Of a stretch of DNA of 41,466 bases, positions 41,342 to 41,466 are shown piece by piece (the first letter of the stretch is position 1; each line of letters opens with the position of its first letter). The stretch covers positions 1 through 41,466 of the forward strand of contig QHXY01000039.1 of the NCBI GenBank assembly GCA_003223145.1, written 5' to 3'. The notes beneath the pieces are model-generated. The model did not search any database and was not told the origin of the DNA. It saw only the letters and a program-made list of their open reading frames with translations. The DNA comes from Acidobacteriota bacterium (GTDB taxonomy: Bacteria > Acidobacteriota > Polarisedimenticolia > Gp22-AA2). A program made the translations under genes and the position numbers.

Positions 41342-41466
41342 GAACCGGCCCCCCGCGCCGCCGCGGCGGGCGTCGCCGCGCCGCCAGGCGGCCCGCCACC
41401 CAGTCCCTCCTTGATCGCGACCCGGGCGCCCGGAACGAGACGGATCTGCCCGTCGGTCACGACCTG
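41338..41466 (-). CDS. C-terminal end of the RND periplasmic adaptor (MFP); the gene runs off the right edge
   Basis: The minus strand reads ...QVVTDGQIRLVPGARVAIKEGLGGGPPGG...GAGS, with TGA overlapping the RND GTG (GTGA). The call rests on position and a short motif only. Confidence 0.55.
   Translation of the reverse strand, partial: QVVTDGQIRLVPGARVAIKEGLGGGPPGGAATPAAAARGAGS

Noticed and set aside
1-41466. Search for CRISPR arrays, tRNA/rRNA genes, insertion sequences, integrases, toxin-antitoxin pairs or known defence-system genes.
   Set aside because: None seen by eye. There are no regularly spaced repeats, no T-loop GGTTCGAATCC-type motifs in intergenic DNA, no transposase or recombinase motifs, and no terminal inverted repeats. 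The only long repeat is the 81-bp intragenic pair.

Overview
This is a roughly 70% GC bacterial chromosomal segment. The gene style (mglBA, a CRTAC1/ASPIC-type lipoprotein beside a TPR multihaem cytochrome, many TPR and secreted proteins) fits an Acidobacteriota-like soil or sediment lineage, but that taxon is inference only. I can support about 38 protein genes by motif recognition, with no database search. They are: an acyl-CoA dehydrogenase fragment, a VOC/glyoxalase protein, an aldehyde dehydrogenase, a minimal pore-loop channel, an ICMT-type methyltransferase, chrA, a SWIB protein, a Yip1 protein, an M20 peptidase plus class-III aminotransferase operon, a thiol-redox cluster (DCC-family fusion, CKX-like FAD oxidase, MauE-like and MauD-like proteins), a TPR protein, an orphan HExxH protein, a long minus-strand envelope locus (OMP, Cys-lipoprotein, sigma54 HK/RR pair, membrane pentahaem-TPR protein, CRTAC1 lipoprotein), an SBP plus hybrid kinase pair, cca, an aminotransferase/ornithine-cyclodeaminase pair, a YkgJ-type protein, mglB-mglA, and an RND pump with the end of its adaptor gene. 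I saw no rRNA, tRNA, CRISPR array, transposase, integrase or recognisable defence gene. Main second-look items: (1) a near-consensus sigma54 promoter with UAS-like twin palindromes and phased A-tracts in front of the OMP-lipoprotein operon, beside the only sigma54 activator in the window; (2) that activator and its kinase are tightly packed with a multihaem/TPR protein and a CRTAC1 lipoprotein of unknown function; (3) a self-contained promoter, extended SD, 19-codon sORF and three-way-junction terminator unit in the largest intergenic gap; (4) a perfect 81-bp intragenic repeat whose edge coincides with a frame break; (5) an in-frame TGA between the signal peptide and the barrel of the OMP; (6) six or seven frame or stop disruptions in 41 kb whose downstream coding signal is intact, which suggests indel errors in the assembly rather than gene decay. 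Most long ORFs in the supplied track are antisense or off-frame shadows typical of high-GC DNA.
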